A stretch of DNA of 64,000 nucleotides from Dimorphilus gyrociliatus (lineage: Eukaryota > Animalia > Annelida): the NCBI GenBank assembly GCA_904063045.1, contig CAJFCJ010000004.1:1977713-2041712 (forward strand), read 5' to 3'. A program made the position numbers and the translations under genes. The notes under the pieces are model-generated. The model saw only the letters and a program-made list of their open reading frames with translations, searched no databases and was not told the DNA's origin. Of this stretch, positions 60,598-64,000 are shown one piece after another. Numbering within the stretch: position 1 is the stretch's first letter; the number at the start of each line of letters is the position of its first letter.

Positions 60598-62731
60598 TTA
60601 TTGAAATCGGGTTCTGTACAAATATAACTTTCCAAATTGTCCGATTATCATTTCTCCTAAAACATAATTAGCTGTAATTGCTGTTGGACCATCAACTGGT
60701 TCGCCATCGTTAATTACAGGTACCCATTCTTTACCATCGTACGCCCTCATTAAACCAACTTGATCGTATAATTTATCGATTATTATGAAATAATTAGCGG
60801 CATGATAAGGACAAATGTGGTATGGTGAAGCAAGAGATGTTTGCCAGCAGGATAAAGACTCTCCATTTACATTCATTTTAATAATTTTTCTTTCTTCTTC
60901 GAATAAAAGTAAAAAGGTTCTCTGTTCTGACCCTTCGGCCAATGCACAGGGTAGAGGTTTCATTTTAAGGTTTAATTTTACAGCAAATATCCAGTCGAAA
61001 GCCAGTAAAGCTTCTAGACCGTGGTCAATAATTATTAAATAACCGTCTTGGATAACTGTCATTCTGGTTGGACACGACTTTTGATCGTTGTCTTCTGCTT
61101 CAATACCATGCACTATGCACGTATCGTCGTTTAAATTTATTTCCATTATTGCACCTTCTTGTTGATCGGTAGCATATAGAATTGGTTCCATATCCCAATG
61201 TAAACCGATCGATGTCGGACTTCCGACATAGACTATTGTTGAGCTTCCTGTGTAAGGATCAACCATAAGTACATCGCCTCGGTTTGTATTAGGCACACCT
61301 CTTACTACAAAAAGTCGATCGAAGTAGCGCTTGACGTCAACAATAACAGCCGGAAACGGAAGTTCGTCGTTTTCAGGATCGAAAGTGACGGTTAACTCAC
61401 GTTCGTAGGCTATGGATAATGGACTTCTTTCATAGTCGGTTAAAGAAGAAAAGGTTGTAGGCCTACTTAGCGACGAAGCTGTTGGATTTAGAATACTCTC
61501 GACTAAATCTTCAGAGTAAGTTGAAAGTGTAGTTGTAGTTGGGCGGCTCGTAAATTTTTCCGTAACTTCAATATCACTTTCTAGCTTTTCACTATGTTTG
61601 TCCTGATTAGTTTCAGGATTATCTTCATTCGTTTGGTTTACAGCCTCTGGCTCTTCTCCTTCTCTTTTACAATTATGTATCAATTCTTTCGCGTCATTTA
61701 ACGCTACAAGCTCGTCTGTAAGATTGTAATTCTTTTCATTATCTTCTTTACTCGACGATTTATCAAAGATATTTATCGTTGAAAAAGTAGTAACAGGTTT
61801 AGTAATCATTTTATCAGTTAATTCTTCATCAGTCTCTATTTCTTTTATTATAGAATTAGAAAGTTTACTATCTGTAGAATCATTCGTATTGCAGTTCGAC
61901 TTGAATTTAGCACCACATTGTTTCTCAGTGTCATCTAGAGACACATAATCATCAAAATTAGGTGATTTTAAGCTTTCCGTAAATATCCTCTCTCCTTCTT
62001 CCTTTAATTTGGGATATTTTTAAATTTTTTGTTTTAAATGAATTTTAATTAAAAATTACTTTAAACTCAGCTTTTAAAAAATTACTACTCACGCTTTTGT
62101 CTTTTTCGGATCGATGAATATCAATACTAGCTTCTCTGTTAAATGATTGATCTTCCGCGAAAATGTGCTTACCGCCTTTTCTGCACGTTAATTGAAACTT
62201 TGACAAGCACAATATGCAAACGCTTTTCGTACATTTTGTACAAGTTAAAGTAGGCTTTGGGTGACTTTTTTCCTCTGATTCTTCAGTTTGAAAAGAGCAT
62301 TTATGTTCAGTTTTCTTTTCAGTCTTCCTGACCGAAGGTAGTCTGTAATTTGACGTTGCTTTCCCTTTCCTTACAGTATCCACCAATTTCAGCATTGTTA
62401 AATTGAGCGATAATTTTTCAGCTCCGAACTTTACCTTGGTCTCCCGACTACATATTGGACACTCTATTATTTTCTTCCTTTCATCGTTTACCTTTTTTTC
62501 CAGACTGCTGGCGCATTTCCTGCAAAAAGTATGACAGCAGCCAAGGTTGGTAGGTTCTTTGTAAATTTGATGGCAGTATTTGCATACTATAGCCGAATTA
62601 TCAAAAACTTCTCGAAAGATTGTTTTATTGTCCAGCGGAATAAGACAATTTTTTGTCACTGGATGGACAACGATTGGCTTCTCGTTCTCTTCAGTTTTTA
62701 TCTTTGAATAAAATTCTGGCGAACCTTGCAT
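60598..62731 (-). CDS. TRIM-like E3 ubiquitin ligase: RING (C3HC4), B-box-like Zn knuckle, acidic linker, NHL-like beta-propeller, about 680 aa; join complement(62731-62093, 62001-60598)
   Basis: RING CKYC...LGCCHTFCRKC...CPIC; second Zn motif C..H..CTKC...CILC...CRKGGKH. A phase-0 donor AGC|GTGAGT at 62092 and acceptor aag| at 62002 (91-nt intron) join the two long ORFs in frame. The C-terminal about 250 aa has repeating beta-strand/P-x-x-I-x-x blades (PTSIGL, PTRMTV, PYHICP, PTAITA). An in-frame stop lies upstream of ATG 62731. The acceptor is weak, so the join is less sure than the ORFs. Confidence 0.8.
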
Positions 62732-64000
62732 AATTGACAGATATTTCCTTAGTTTTAGTTACTGTGTTGCTAAGTTCGTCTAGTCAATAGTGACAATGAG
62801 TTAATCCCGTAGACTTGTTGCCTATTTATTCAATAAACTCTTTCTATTCAAAAAGTTTCGATTCGTGTGTATTTGGCCTATTATTGCAACTGTTGAATTG
62901 TTTAGATATATCGCCTATTGGATCTATTGAATAAATAAGCTCTTGAGAAATTTCTACGCAATAATAATAACGAAAACAAATATGAATATTAATTTATTTT
63001 TAATATTTAATGAACTTGTTAAGTGACTATCTTGAAAATATGTATTAACAATTTAAGAGTTGAGAATTTTATCGAAGGAGACTAGCTTGAATAAATAATA
63101 TACCATCAATTTTAATGTCATTTGAATTCCCTACTGATTCTTCAATGAAGCCTATTTTTCAGTTATTTAGGTCTTGAATTAAATCGTTTTCATTCTCTTT
63201 CGTTCCTTCTATAAATATTTCCATCTTTTCCGTTCGTTCATTCTTTTACTCACCCTATCATTTACATTTTCTGTCTATCTGTCTCTCCTTCCTTCGAACC
63301 GTTTCCTTATTTTTTTATAATCTGTATATATATATATATGTATTCTGCCACCTTAGAATTGTGTTATTTCAAGGAAAAAGTTGCTAGGATAAAGAAAATA
63401 TAATCCAAGAAATGGGACAGATAGTGATGGAAATGGAAAGAGAATAGATAGAATAAAAACCAGAAACTTAAATATGCTAATTCATCTAATTCTTTAAACA
63501 AGTAAATTTGTCTTCCTAGAATAAGTCTTTTTGAGAAATGGTAAAATGGTTAGTTACCTTAAAAAGACAGAAGCATTAAACGCTTGTTAAACTATACCAG
63601 TTTTTGTAAAACAATTGTATTAATTCACATATTAATATATGCATTATGTGAATTTCTTTTCGAGGAAAAATAGCTTTCCCTCCAATGGAATACTGTATGT
63701 GATACAAGTTTAGCTTAAATGCTACTGTCGTTTGCTTCCAAATACAATAGTAAATATCAAGCTACTTCGGCTATATGAAGTTATTATGTTTAGGCTCATT
63801 TACTAAAGATAATTAGGTAATGGAATTGACACCTACGCTAAAGGCCTCTTTTAATGGCCCATAGGCCTAAAAAAGCTTAAAGGTAAATAAAATTTTGGCT
63901 GAACAATAAAGTGAAGCTATTGAATAATGTAACAGAATTTGTAAATTATTCATTTTGTCATAAAGAAGATTTTCAACTAGATTTATGCAGACAGAGTGAA

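Noticed and set aside
1-64000. CRISPR arrays, rRNA/tRNA genes, transposase or reverse-transcriptase ORFs, operon-like prokaryotic systems
   Set aside because: None seen: no regularly spaced repeats, cloverleaf or rRNA signatures, or DDE/RT motifs; the DNA is intron-containing animal sequence.

Overview
AT-rich eukaryotic (animal) genomic DNA, not prokaryotic. I found no CRISPR arrays, rRNA/tRNA genes or intact transposons, and most of the supplied ORF track is intronic or microsatellite noise. Four spliced protein-coding genes can be reconstructed by hand with consistent GT-AG boundaries and phases. (1) Minus strand: a Shisa-like Cys-rich single-pass membrane protein (exons 5710-5629, 3063-3019, 1197-781, 150-<1; runs off the window). 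(2) Plus strand: a vesicular glutamate transporter, VGLUT/SLC17A6-8/eat-4 type (10 coding exons, 20277-39573, 583 aa). (3) Minus strand, convergent with VGLUT: a divergent RIM/UNC-10 active-zone scaffold (15 coding exons, 52248-42148, about 1140 aa; N-terminal helix, Zn finger, PDZ, C2A, PxxP, C2B). (4) Minus strand: a RING/B-box-like/NHL-like beta-propeller TRIM-like E3 ligase (62731-60598). Many introns are only 58-72 nt while a few are several kb. This suggests a compact bilaterian invertebrate genome, probably spiralian; the miniature annelid Dimorphilus is only a guess. The most notable non-coding signals are 22 copies of TATAC(A/T)GTATA, matching Tc1/mariner excision footprints; five TAGATGGCG CTCF-like cores arranged around the VGLUT-RIM block; a near-identical 22-mer repeated in VGLUT intron 2; and a POU4-type site in VGLUT intron 1. 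All protein comparisons are from memory of the families; no database search was run.
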